From positions 1 through 58,317 of the forward strand of contig MQRK01246325.1 of the NCBI GenBank assembly GCA_001938485.1: 58,317 nucleotides of DNA, read 5' to 3'. Position 1 is the first letter of the stretch, and each line of letters starts with the position of its first letter. The position numbers were made by a program, and so were the translations under genes. This DNA is from Girardia tigrina. Its lineage: Eukaryota. A model generated the notes under the pieces. The model was not told the origin of the DNA, did no database searches, and saw nothing but the letters and a program-made list of their open reading frames with translations. This document shows, one piece after another, positions 1-12,140 of the stretch.

Positions 1-800
1 ATGTAGGCCGAATGCCCATTTTTCCCCTACTTGAACTACATGACATCAATTGTGTGGGAGTTAGATTCATGATGTTCTTTGTAAGGAAAATGGTTTCAGC
101 AGTGTTTATCGGTCGATTCTGCATCTCTAAACTGGGACTGGAGTGAAATTAACTCAGGGAATACGTTACAGTGGCTGTAAGTGAATATCATGCATATTGA
201 GTCGGAAACATTTTCACGGTTGTGAACTGCGATACAGGGAGTTTATGGTGTGGTGCCACATTACATCCAAGAATGAAACAGATGTTAGCGCAGATATGAC
301 CCTCATTGAGAATGAATTTAGGCCCCCAGAGGAAGTATTGTTAGAAGCGGTGCTGGTGAAACGAATTTACTTGAAAGACCTAAATTATCTGTTCAGTTTC
401 GATGAGTAAACCGCCCGAGTGGCAATAGTATCGTGGAGCGTGGTTACCGAAAAATAAAACGGATTATAGCACGGAGCGGTCGGAAAGTTTGCGTATTGAT
501 CGCATGGTATATTTCAACACCGAAGGCAGACGGGTCATCCGGATATCAAAAGTATTCATTCAGAAGTACAGGATGTTGTTTTGTAAAGATTTTGTTTTGA
601 TACTGCCGAAAGATACAACAGTCGGGAAGGAGCTTAGGATCGGGGAAGAAGTTTTTGTCAAACCAGCTCCAAATACACTTGAATGTCATAATGTGAGCGC
701 GAAACAAATATTATAGGACATTGATCATATTGAATGGAACTAAATCGAATGCCGTATCACATTTGTCACTTGCGAGGCTCCTCCCCTACAACAACTTAGA
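1..800 (+). mobile_element. Gypsy/Ty3 LTR-retrotransposon pol (integrase) remnant
   Basis: Frameshifted integrase-like motifs: RPPEEVLL (cf. GPPEEI.SDNG), RPSGNSIVER..RKIKR at ~411-465 (cf. YHP.SNG.VER), then YFNT and GEEVFVKP (ORFs 197..409, 489..716). Confidence 0.65.
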
Positions 801-809
801 TCTGGCTGC

Positions 810-1216
810 TGTAGGATGTAAATAAGATAACGGATGCATAACGAGCAGTTATGATCAAAGATATAAGATTCGGTGAAACAGAACCCAAAAGGTAGAACAA
901 CAAAATGTAGTTCTTGAAGGTCGGACTCTTCGACAAATTAATTCGCACACGACCAGATTTTCAATGTTCACCCATGTACTGAATGTGTCTATTTCTGTGC
1001 TGGGAGGGCAGAGTGATGCAAATTGCGAGCTGAATAAAGACAGTTGTTGTTATAAAATTGTGAATTAAGTAGCTGATTTTGAGATTAGATTTAATTGTGA
1101 TGTAAAATAATCCATATTCGATTCGAACATTTTTTATCGAAATATTAGTTTTATTATTATTATAATTAAAAAATCGAAGCATATTATTTTTGAAAATAAA
1201 AAAAAACTCCTTTCAC
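810..1216 (+). repeat. Possible 3' LTR of the gypsy remnant
   Basis: TGTAGGA start directly after the integrase remnant and TCCTTTCACA end; no second copy in the window to confirm. Confidence 0.3.
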
Positions 1217-1248
1217 AATTTTTTTTATATCCATGGACAATATCCATT

Positions 1249-1515
1249 TGTGAGGAATATTTTAGATTTAGTATGTTGAATTTTGTATGTAATAATTAAA
1301 TTTTGTAAAAATTATATGTAAAATTAAATTAATTTTTAGATAAAATTATTAATGAAATTCAAATAAAATCTGAAAATAATTTAAAATGAAAATTTGTTCG
1401 AATAATTGTTTGTTAACGATACATTAACAAAATTTTATCAATTTAACTAGATGCTAAACAAAGAAAGCTTGGCAGAGAATTGTCCAAAAGACAATTCAAA
1501 CTGAGATGAAAATAA
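1249..1515 (+). repeat. Solo-LTR family A, internally deleted partial copy
   Basis: Starts TGTGAGGAATATTT and shares GTTCGAATAATTGTTT and GTCCAAAAGACAATTC with the copy at 9938-10442. Confidence 0.7.
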
Positions 1516-1530
1516 ATGAATGAAAAAAAT

Positions 1531-1556
1531 AAATAACCGTCGTCATCAGGTCATAA
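1531..1556 (-). ncRNA. Truncated hammerhead ribozyme (5' half), Penelope-type
   Basis: Minus strand reads GAC-CTGATGA-C-GACGG-TTA, the same core and stem-II arm as the HHR at 36911; the GAAA half is missing. Confidence 0.45.
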
Positions 1557-1590
1557 AGAATTTTTGAATTTAAAATCTTCTCATATAAGC

Positions 1591-1762
1591 AAGCAGTGAT
1601 TATGTAATCAATGAGTAATTGCATCATCCAAACTCACTCAATTGTACACACTTTGTACATTAATCTTAGGTTTCTAGGATTAATGTGCAAACGGGTCTCT
1701 TGAAAACCTTATTGAGTGTGTTTAGATTAAATAATCAATCATTGAGTACATAATCCCTGCTT
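1591..1762. repeat. Imperfect long inverted repeat (fold-back)
   Basis: AAGCAGTGATTATGTAATCAATGA ... TCATTGAGTACATAATCCCTGCTT outer arms, inner TTGTACATTAATCTTAG/CTAGGATTAATGTGCAA. Confidence 0.6.
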
Positions 1763-1853
1763 AGCTATACAAGTACCGAGATTTTTTTTCCGCATGCTCC
1801 TACATTTGGAGACAAAAAAACTCATTTTTCGCTTCCATTTGAATGGATCAAAA

Positions 1854-1923
1854 AATTGGTCAAAAAATTATTGTAGTGGTTTCAACCTCAATGAAAACCA
1901 CAACAATTATTTTTTGACCAATT
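1854..1923. repeat. ~70-bp near-perfect hairpin
   Basis: AATTGGTCAAAAAATTATTGTAGTGGTTTCA / TGAAAACCACAACAATTATTTTTTGACCAATT. Confidence 0.7.
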
Positions 1924-3291
1924 ATTTTTTTAATCAATGCAACTGTTACGGATTTTAGCTGTTTTTAGCACTTTTTACACCTTCTACACGTTAATTTAAT
2001 ATATTATTTATTTATTTATTGGTAAAATCATTTTATTAGTAAAAATCAGAAGAGACAGATAACAATGACTGTGTAAACATTCATGATTGCTGTGATGAGT
2101 AAATGTATAAATTTTAATTTTTATTAATACAGACATTCTTTTTTAATTTATTAAATATATAATTTAATTCATTTTTTATATAAAATACAATTTCGAGGTG
2201 AAAATGGCAGTTTCCAAAAATAAACACATGCGCCTATTTTTGGGGACAAAGTGGAACACCTAAAAACATATACAAGCGCATGCACTTATTTACGGAAAAT
2301 CCAGGTAGATTTAAAATTCATAAACTTTTTATAACCTAACGGATGAGGGGTTTACCGTCAAAATTAATTGTCAATGAACATATTTTTTTGTGAAATGGCG
2401 TCATAATAATATTATTAACAAATATTAAAAATCAGAATCTTTTTCTGGGGTGGCGTGGATAAAAGCATCAAATGGTTATGTATCGATAATTCCTCAGCGA
2501 AAGCACAGTTCTCCCAGCTGCCAGCAGCCAGCCCATAACAATTGGCAATGGGAATCCGTCAATTTGATTGGCAAAGAAAACCAATAATCCGAAATGCTCT
2601 AATTTTATATAACATTCAATTTGAAAGATTTTATCAGTTAATATTTTGTCCACAATTTTCTATGTTCGGTGAGAATTTTATTTATTTATTTTTGTTTAAC
2701 AGTGGTTTTTACGATTAATTATTTCCAATTTTATTTGATTTATTTTTGTTTTGGAAATTAAAATAATAATTATTCAATGACATTTTAATTAAAATACTTT
2801 TAAATGAATCAAAAAAGCGTTTTAATGTATTTATTTTAATTTGATTCGACAAATATTTCGAAAATAATATTGAATATTTATTTATATTTTTTAAGTGAAA
2901 CTGTATCTGAATTATTAAATGTTTGTTTAAATTCTGTTGTGAAAATTATTTCTGTCGAAATTAACTTCCAAAAATATAATAATAGTTTCCGTCTGTCTCA
3001 TTTTACAATGGGAATTTGTGAGATTTATCCCATTAAATTTAGATTAATAACACTTTCGATTGAGTCTATGGAAAAATCAAATATCATTAAAATAGTTTTG
3101 GTTCTTTTTAAATAATTCTTTTTTTGATCAGAGTTAATTTCTTTTAATTCTTTAATAATCCATTTTTTAAACCCGAATTTCTGGAGCATGAATTTCTTTG
3201 ATATTTTTGTTTGTTTCTCCAATCGTTATCGTTATCGCACTTCACGTCGAACTGCAATACGTCAATTGACGTATATTACACTTTATTATGA

Positions 3292-3473
3292 AAGGACCCT
3301 CCGCATATATCGAAGTGGCATTTGCCAAAAAAACTTCGGTATAACCGTAGTTCAATATAGCCATAGCATCACCCTCCATTAAATAAGCACTGATATTTAG
3401 TTGATACAATAACATATCTTCGATATATCTGTATATTCGATATATCCATCCTCGATATATACGGCGTGCGCTG
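3292..3473. mobile_element. pogo/Tigger-like MITE remnant
   Basis: Repeated CGATATAT motifs and a right end CTCGATATATACGGCGTGCGCTG-TA resembling Tigger TIRs; inverted left motif CCCTCCGCATATATCGAAG. Confidence 0.45.
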
Positions 3474-3534
3474 TATTTTTATTTATTTGTACCATGGGAT
3501 GTCAAATTATATTGCACTAAACGCAAGTAATATA

Positions 3535-5114
3535 TTAGGCTGGCAAGTATGAAATTTGTAGACATGTTTACGATAAAACACGCTGGTACTGCCATTGTAG
3601 CGCGCGTGCGGCCCTGGACATCTAAGGGCATCACAGACCTGTTGTTGCTCCATTTCATTTAGCTAAACGCTATTTATTCCTCTAAGAAGTCAGCATTTGC
3701 GATTTAACACAAATGTACTATTTAGCAGGTGAGAGTCTCGTTCGTTAACGGAATTAACCAGACAAATCGCTCCACCAACTAAGAACGGCCATGCACCACC
3801 ACCCACCGAATCAAGAAAGAGCTATCAATCTGTCAATCCTCACAGTGTCCGGACCGGGTGAGATTTCCCGTGGAGTATTTTAATATTAAAAATTTTAATA
3901 TTTTAATATTAATAAATTCAAATAGTTATAATTTGTCAATTGACATTTTTTCATCAGTTTTTTTGTTTGATTGCAACATATCTTGTCTATTGAATAAATC
4001 AATAAAAATAATTTAAATTATTTATAACTTGTCTCACTTAATAATCAGTATTTTAAAAAATGAAAAGCCAGAAATTTGAACTATTATGGAGAAAGAAATA
4101 CTACGTGGAACCTCAGCATCAGAAACTTTGCGAAACATCAATTGTGTATTCGGATACAATGCTACTTTTCAGCAACAGTCTTAAATTGGTTCAGGAAATC
4201 TGTAAAAAGTGATTCAATCTCAATAATTAATCTCGGAGTCACCCAAGAACGCAGGTAGAAAATGACGAACTAAAGGTAACTCTGGAGTCGGATCCATCAC
4301 AAATTGCAGATGCTTTATCGCTAATGTTTGCTGTTACAAAACAAACAATATTGAATCAATTGGCTCAAATTGGTAAAGTGCAAAAGTTACATGAGTTGAA
4401 TGAAAAGTAGAAACAAAAGTGTTTCAATGCTTTCTCGTTTTAAACGTGATCACAATTTTAATCGAATCGTTACTTAGGACGAAAAGTGAATCCAATATAA
4501 TTGAAAATATTCATCCAACTTGGTGGAGACAAATAAAGCACAAAAACACAGTTCAAAGCACAAGTCATCAAAAGAAGTTGATAATGAGTGTAAGGAAATT
4601 TGCCGCAGGTATAATCCATTATGATTTCATGAAACCTGATTCGTCAATCACAGCAGATGTATACTGTAACCAATTGGAAGATATAATGCTGAAACTCAAA
4701 GAAAAACAACTGCATTTGGTAAATAGGTCGATTTCCATCTTGCTTCACAACAAGGCACATGCTCTACTTAAGGCCGTGCCAAACAACAGGAGCTTGAGTT
4801 GGAACTCTTGTATCATTCCAGTAAAATATTCAGTAGACATAGTCCCCCCTGACTAAAATTTCTTTCTCAATTTGAACAACTTTTGAAAAGAAAAAATTCA
4901 ATTCCGAAGAATTTGTATGAATTGTCTTCCAGGAATTTGTAGAGTCTCGCTTACCAAACGTTTATTCAACTCGCCGCAACAAGCTGCCGCGCAAAAGACA
5001 AAGGTGTTTCGATAATATGAGCGCATACTTTGATGAATTACATAAACATTTGTACTGGTAAATTATCAATAATCTATGACTTCACTTCTACAAATTTTAT
5101 ACTTGATAACCGAA
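3535..5114 (+). mobile_element. Degenerate mariner element carrying an 18S rRNA insert
   Basis: TIRs TTAGGCTGGCAAGTATGAAATTTGTAGA / TCTACAAATTTTATACTTGATAACCGAA; broken transposase 4060-5035 (GIIHYDFMKP..SITADVYC.QL, ILLHNKA, YSVDIVPPD). Confidence 0.85.
3578..3876 (-). rRNA. 18S: 18S rRNA fragment (~300 nt, pseudogenic insertion)
   Basis: Reverse complement contains canonical SSU blocks GGTGGTGCATGGCCGTTCTTAGTTGGTGGAGCGATTTGTCTGGTTAATTCCG and ACAGGTCTGTGATGCCCTTAGATGT. Confidence 0.97.
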
Positions 5115-5326
5115 TTTAATTCGTAACATATACTTCTTATTTTATCTTTTATATATCATATATTAAATACTATTTTTCGAAATAGACTTTTTTATATTTT
5201 TTTATAATATTATATATCGCAAAGGTTATCTTAATTGTCATTTTTAGCAATGGCCTTTAGATAAATTACGCAGTAGATTATTTTTTATGTTTTATTTTAT
5301 TGTTTAACTCTTATTATTAATAATAT

Positions 5327-5875
5327 TATTAAGAACACCAACATGGCTTTTTAAACTTTTATTTTCATTACAATCAGAATTGTCTTTTGGACAACTCTCG
5401 GCAAAACTCTCATCATTCGACATCGTTCTAAATTGATAATTTTTTTATTAATGTTTGTTAATAAACAATTATTCGAACAAATTTTTCATTATTTTCTGAT
5501 TTTATTTTTAAAATTCAGATTTTGTAGTTTTNNNNNNNNNNNNNNNNNNNNNNNNNNNNNNNNNNNNNNNNNNNNNNNNNNNNNNNNNNNNNNNNNNNNN
5601 NNNNNNNNNNNNNNNNNNNNNNNNNNNNNNNNTTATTTTATTTAAATTTTAATATGAAGATTTGAAAAGATTTAATATTTTTAATGTTTTTTAAATATCT
5701 TATGTTGTACTTTAAAATATAAATTATATAAATTATACTCGAATAATTATTCATCGTGAACATCTAAAATATCAATTTTCCATCTGGGTGGAGAAACACA
5801 TTTCCAAATACTAAACTCAACATACAAAATTCAACAAACCAATTTCAACATACCAAATTTAAAATATTCCTCACA
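5327..5875 (-). repeat. Solo-LTR family A (TG...TA)
   Basis: Termini TATTAAGAAC...TTCCTCACA; exact 5-bp TSD AATAT; contains an N-gap at 5532-5632. Confidence 0.85.
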
Positions 5876-6582
5876 AATATATAATATTTTTTTATCGAAT
5901 ATGTATGTTAATATTTATCAAAATTGCTATTAAATAATTTGTATTTTTTATCATTATCAGACAAATCTATTTTAACTGCTAAAATATTACAAGAATATAA
6001 ATTATGATTAACCTTTCTATCGTCTCAGTAACATTTGAGCATAAACTCATCAAATTGTTAATTTGTCTGTAAATTCGTCTGTGAAGCGCATCAGCAATCA
6101 ATACGTTCCTCGGAGGAGAGAAGAGAGTATTGTATGATTCTGCGGAATGATTATTATTGATTATTATTATGTGGGAACTATTATTATCTTTGGCATTCAC
6201 TGATGAATAATAATTAATGAATATCTGGCGGCATCGTTGGAATGAGACTAGATATACGATAGAAATAATATGAAGACATATAAATTCAAATTAGTAAAAC
6301 AGATTCAATCTGCGACTTGTAGAATGATAAAACCAGAGAACATTGTTCTATGTATCTATATATTGTTCTATATGTATGAATTTCCTAAGTCAAAATATTA
6401 AAAATTAATTGACAATTATACATAATATTGTCTCATAAACATAGGTAGTCAAACCAACGAAGGAAACTTCATGGAAATATAATTTATGTATTATGTACGT
6501 GTAATGCTATGATCAACAAGTCATCCGTTTTATTAAATCACAGAAATTATAAGTTCAACCATCTATTTTATTTATATTCCGT

Positions 6583-7021
6583 TATTAAGAACACCAATTT
6601 GACTTTTTATATTTTTATTTAAACAACAATTTTGATTGTCCTCAAGACAATCTTTGTCAAAACTTTCGTACATTTGCATTCAAAGCGAAATTGATTAATG
6701 GTTTAATTCTCATTACTATTTTAGAAAATGGGGAACTAAATATTTAAATAAAATATTCACTCAAAACTTATTGGATAATAATTAAAATGATAATTAATTA
6801 TTTAAAAAATATTAATTTGATTTATTTATTAAATATTATAAAAATTAATTAACTTATTTAAAATTTTAAAATTATATGGAATTAAAAATAAATTTAAACA
6901 TTACATATTTTTAAATAATAATAATTAAAATATTAATCATCCATCTGGGTAGGAGAGACACATTTCCAAATCAACAAACACATTCAAACACAAAACATCA
7001 AACATTCAAATATTCCTCACA
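6583..7021 (-). repeat. Solo-LTR family A
   Basis: Same termini and CCATCTGGGTAGGAGA motif; imperfect TSD TCCGT/CTCGT. Confidence 0.75.
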
Positions 7022-7545
7022 CTCGTCAATATACATTCCAATGTCCCCATCAGTTTTTCTTTCAGTTTCTGTTAGATCCTTTTGGTCCTTGAAAAAGCTT
7101 TTTTGATGAGTTTTTTTCAGTCGACTGAACAATAAAATGTTATACTATACCATATACAGGGAGTAAGGGGGTTGTAGAACCAAATAAGTAGTAGGTTTTT
7201 ATAAAACTCACAAATGACGGTGGTTTTCATCAGGTAGAAACGTTATCATTTTGTTAAAAATGTGGTGTTTCAAGGAAGTGGTTTGATGACAGCAATACAT
7301 CCCATAAACAGCTTAAAAGAGTTTTTACCGTACAACACAGCAAACATTGATCAAATAAGTAAGTGAAACTTTATTTTGTTTCAGAGTTTAACGACTTATT
7401 CATAATCTTGGTTCATTTTATACATTGATATCGTATCACGATGACCTTCTTTAGCATTTTTTAATCAATTGCAAATATTTTTCATATAAATTTCATTGTT
7501 TTGAATGTAGAAAGTGTATGCATATATATCTATATATATATATAA

Positions 7546-9680
7546 TTAAATATTGATTGAGTTTGGCTGGAAAGTTCGGTGCTGGACCCATAGTTTATCA
7601 CTCCGAATGAGACGTCCATCATTGCACTCCGGTGTCATAGAGAGAATATTAATACAAGAGCCATCTTTGATTTCGAATCTCGAGCTGACATCAGTATTCA
7701 ATTTATCGAAATGCAACTTATCCAATAATGATAGATACTTTTTGAGTGAATTATCAGTAGAATTCATCACTTCTATTATACTCAATGTTCCTTTCAACAG
7801 TCCGCAACACCAATTGTTTAACCATAGTCATCAAATAACTGAGTTAATTTGATTTTTAATTTTCTATTGAACTAGTTTTCTACGGATGTTTTATATTAGA
7901 CCCACTTTCAAAAGATTTCTAACCACCTTTGAATAATTTAGGTCAATTGTAAACATCTAGTATCAACAAAGATTTTGTAACTAATAGCTTTCCGTACCGC
8001 GTTAAAAATGTGTGCCAGCGTTAATTTTATTTTTAATACAAAATCTGTTTACTGATCTTTGCTTGATTAATTTAGATATCATAAAAATCAAATAAACGGC
8101 AAAGTCAATATTAACAAACCACTGGTAAAGTAAACACTAATCGACTTATCAAACTGACCCGGAAGGAGGATATCAATAATGTCTTTGTCGAAATAAAAAA
8201 AACATTCTTCCTTATTTTTGATCGCGGTAGTTGCGAGCATGATTATGCATTGAAGAATCATTTGAATGAAAATATTCAATCATATCAAAAACGAATTTTT
8301 ATTTTCAAGAAAAATGTATTTATGTCACAAATGCAAATTTTTATAGCAAATTTATATTTTTTTAAATATTATTTTTTAAATTTCTGTGGGAAACATTTTA
8401 TTGAGATTACCAAACTCATATAATATAAATCTTTATAAACACATAGAATGACTTTTGAAAATTTATTTAACATAATTTTTTTAGTGCAACTTTTTAATTT
8501 TATGTTATTATTTAATCTTATTAAAAATAATTTTTAATATCAAGAATTTTTATTTGATTTTTAATCCATAACAGTGGTAAAGGAGATCGCCTCTATTCAG
8601 TAGTTGGGGTCTCCTATTGAGACATGAGCCCCGTCTTTGTTGGGTTAACATTCTGTATTACAAAAATATTTGTTTATTAACAGGAATATACTTCTTCCAT
8701 ACATTTTCGGTCAAATTCTTTTGGTTTTAAATGTATTTAAAATTTAATAAACTATTTTTTCATTAATTCTAACAACTTGTTTTTCAAACTGAATTTTACT
8801 CATGCGAAAACAATGTTCAGAAAATAGATATTTGTCGTTATTAACGTAAATTCCGTTAAGCCACGAATGATACCATTTTGTTACTTTGCTCATTTGTTTT
8901 ATGTCGTTGTAAATATTGTTTGAAGCATTCTGATTTTATCACAATTGTATCATTTACATCCTCGTCAATGTTAACAAAATTTCTACCGCAATTACTTTCA
9001 TCTTAGTCTGTTTTGTGATCAAAATAATTTATTTTTACTATGCATTCAATAGTTAATCGGCCTTCGACAAACACTAAAAGCTTCAAATGTCTTTTAAACT
9101 GCTCCATTCAACATACCAAGATGATACTTCACCCCTTAACATCGAAAAGGTCGTTTTATATCCATTTTTGTCGTCATCAAGACATTCAGAACTCTGTAAA
9201 TAAAAATAATGAAAATTCCTCTAGAGGATCATCTAAACATTACTAAAATAATATAAATAAAATAAACATTAGTGTTTATATAATTAATTTAAAGTAAGGA
9301 GTCAGGAAATTGTTCTTGATGCATTCCTCACTTTCTGTCTGATTAGATGACGGAAAGTCGGGAGGAGCGTTGCTCAAACGACTTCCGTTCATGGAGTCAA
9401 AATATAAGCCTCCTGGTTGATTGGTTTATTGTGGATGAAACACCAATTTATCTGTACTTGACCGAAACCAAATAGGTGTTTTAAAGTCGGAATTCTAACT
9501 AATTATGTTATTTTTGAAATACAAAACAAGAGAAGTCATAAATAAGCGAAGTTATTATCGGTTTGTTTTGTACAGAAAAGCATTAGTTTTGAGGAACAAA
9601 ATTTAATCACCTGAATTTACCGACTCATAGCAACAACATCACCGTTGCGAAGCCACTAAGATACCAATTTCTGGTTTGTG
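7546..9680 (-). pseudogene. Possible decayed multi-exon gene of unknown product
   Basis: Several protein-like minus-strand stretches (7546..7797, 8088..8279, ~8860-9190, ~9295-9495, ~9611-9680) with AG/GT-like borders but in-frame stops; no family recognised. Confidence 0.25.
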
Positions 9681-9689
9681 AATGTTACA

Positions 9690-9845
9690 GTCCAGACATT
9701 TATTATATCTGATTTACAAACTTCATTTGTAAGTCTGATGTGGAAATAATTAATTTTAAAATACTGTGCAGTAGTTCCTAAAAAATAATGAAGAGAATGT
9801 TTTGAGAATGTTCACTTAATCAATCATTAAATGTTTAAACAAGTC
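9690..9845 (+). mobile_element. Penelope-like GIY-YIG C-terminal remnant
   Basis: TGTAAGTCTGATGTGGAAATAATTAATTTTAAAATACTGTGCAG is homologous to the PLE remnant at 34837-34880. Confidence 0.5.
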
Positions 9846-9937
9846 TTTTTTTCTTTATTAAGATTATTTAATTATCTATTGTAAAATAATGAATTGCTCT
9901 AGATGATCATTCAAAATTACTAAATATCCATTATTAG

Positions 9938-10442
9938 TGTGAGGAATATTTTAAATTTGGTATGTTGAATTTTGTATGTTGAGTTTAGTATTTGGAAATG
10001 TGTTTCTCCCACCCAGATGGAAAATTGATATTTTAGATGTTCACGATAAATAATTATTCGAGTGTAATTTACATTTTAAAGTACAACATAAGATATTTAA
10101 AAAACTTTAAAAATATCAAATCGTTTCAAATTTTAATATTAAAAATTTAAATAAAGTAAATAGTTTTAACTAAGTTTTAAATTAAATAAATATTCTTTCT
10201 TTCCATAAAATAATTTTTTAAATAAAATTAATATGTAAATAAAATTATTACTAAAATTAGAACTTTAAAAATAAAATCTGAAAATAATGAAAATTTGTTC
10301 GAATAATTGTTTATTAACAAACATTAACAAAAAGTTATCAATTTAGAACGATATCAAATTCTGAAAGCTTTTTGCTGTCCAAAAGACAATTCTAATTGTA
10401 TTGAAAATAAAATTTCAGAAACCCATATTGATGTTCTTAATA
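9938..10442 (+). repeat. Solo-LTR family A (TG...TA)
   Basis: TGTGAGGAATA...GTTCTTAATA; exact 5-bp TSD ATTAG. Confidence 0.9.
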
Positions 10443-10503
10443 ATTAGTAATTAGTATGATGACTTTCCATTTGATAAATTGTTGATTATATTAAAACTGT
10501 GAT

Positions 10504-10914
10504 TAACAACATCAATATGAGTTTTACAACATTTATTAATATCACAAGCGCATTCACTATTTGACATTTTTCTTCGTCGATATATTTCTGAGTTAATAAT
10601 AATTATTTTCAATGAATGAAAATCTGTTAATAAAAATTATTAATTATAAATTATCTAATTGGTTAAAATTAAATCTAAGCAGTTTTTAAAAAAGAACATA
10701 TTAAATTAATATATTAAAATTTTAAATTATGTTAAAAAATAAATAATACATTCAAAAATTATTTTAAATCTTTTTACTTTAAAATTAAATTAAATTATTT
10801 TTAATTAGTAAGAATCCAAGAAAATATCAATCATCCATCTGTATAGGAGAGGCACAATCCGAGTCAACATACAACATGCACAATATCAACACACAATTAA
10901 AAACATTCCTCACA
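10504..10914 (-). repeat. Solo-LTR family A, diverged, tail-to-tail with the previous copy
   Basis: Ends TTCCTCACA, carries CCATCTGTATAGGAGA; GTGAT on both flanks. Confidence 0.65.
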
Positions 10915-11638
10915 GTGATACAAAAACAGAAAAAACTAACAAGTTATTCTGAAAAAGAATCGAATAAATCAAATTAATTATTATTAACGAATGTCTCATT
11001 AAGACTCAGGGTTTACACGAATCAATTTGGGAATAATTCTTCATACATCCTAACCAAGTTTTGTTCGTGTAAGTTTTGATAAAATTCGTCAGGAAAAACA
11101 AATGTTCGTGACATTCCGTCCACCAAGCATTCCGATATCTCCAATTTAGTCAACCTCACATTTCAATTGACACAACAAATTATTTTATAACTACAAAATT
11201 TTAAAAGAAAAAAAATATTTTTTTACCATTTAATGCAAGAATTTGAGTAATTAAAACAGTTTTTTGAAGTTTCTTCAAATATTGTTGACGATAATTATTT
11301 CGCAAAAAAATTTATTATATCAAACTGAATTTTTGTTGGAATTTCCAGTGACTGATTAAGCTTTAGGACTGGTCAACAATTTTGGGTGATTTTTTAAGTA
11401 AAATAAAATATATGAAGAAGTAAAATTTTCAAAGCATTGACAAGTATTCAAAAAATATTATTATTGGGAAGGGACGATTTGAGATAATATGTGTTACTGA
11501 AACTCCTCAATTCCCGCGGCAATTCGAGAGCTTTTTTTATCTGACATTATTTTCATATCCTCGACAAACGTCGGCCGATTTTCGATAATTCATCAACGAC
11601 CGAACGATCTCATCACTCGTGCCAATCATCATTATCGT

Positions 11639-12140
11639 TATGAGGAGTTAGTTAAAATTTTCAATTCCCTAAACAATTTATAATTTTTTTTAATTTGAAA
11701 TTTTAACAAAGATTAAATAAATTAAGTAAACATAAAAAATACATAAAGTTTATGAAACTAAAAAAAGTTAAAAAGAATTTTTAAGAACCAACAAAAATTA
11801 AATAACTATGTCAAACAAAAAAATTTAAAAATCTCAAAATTTAGATGAATTAAAATTGATATATTTAATAGGAAAATAATTAGTAAATGTTTTAAAAATA
11901 AATAATAAAAATAATTAACTGGGTAAAATTTATAATGTAGAACGAAATTATTTTGAAAGAATTTACAGTTAAGTGAACTATTTTTACGGAATTATTTTGA
12001 AAATAAAAAAGTAATCATAAATTAAATTTAAAATAAATTAATTTTTTTTAACAAAAGTAGAAAATTGCAGCGATAAATTTTTAAATAGTGGAAGTTTAAG
12101 AAATTTTAACATTATCGAAGATAATGTCAATGCAACTATA
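11639..12140 (-). repeat. Solo-LTR family B, diverged copy
   Basis: TATGAGGAGTTAG start and AT-rich body similar to 27052-27590; right boundary approximate. Confidence 0.45.

Noticed and set aside
2468-2653. Possible membrane-protein exon
   Set aside because: No recognisable homology and no partner exons
3578-3876. Functional rDNA unit
   Set aside because: Only an internal fragment embedded in a mariner; the 28S piece is 10 kb away on the opposite strand
6198-6230. CTGATGA hammerhead box (also 7228, 33879, 43712, 47904, 49510)
   Set aside because: No stem II followed by GAAA; several lie within coding remnants
8573-8650. tRNA/SINE-like GC-richer patch with an AGTGGTAAA A-box
   Set aside because: No B-box or cloverleaf, and no second copy
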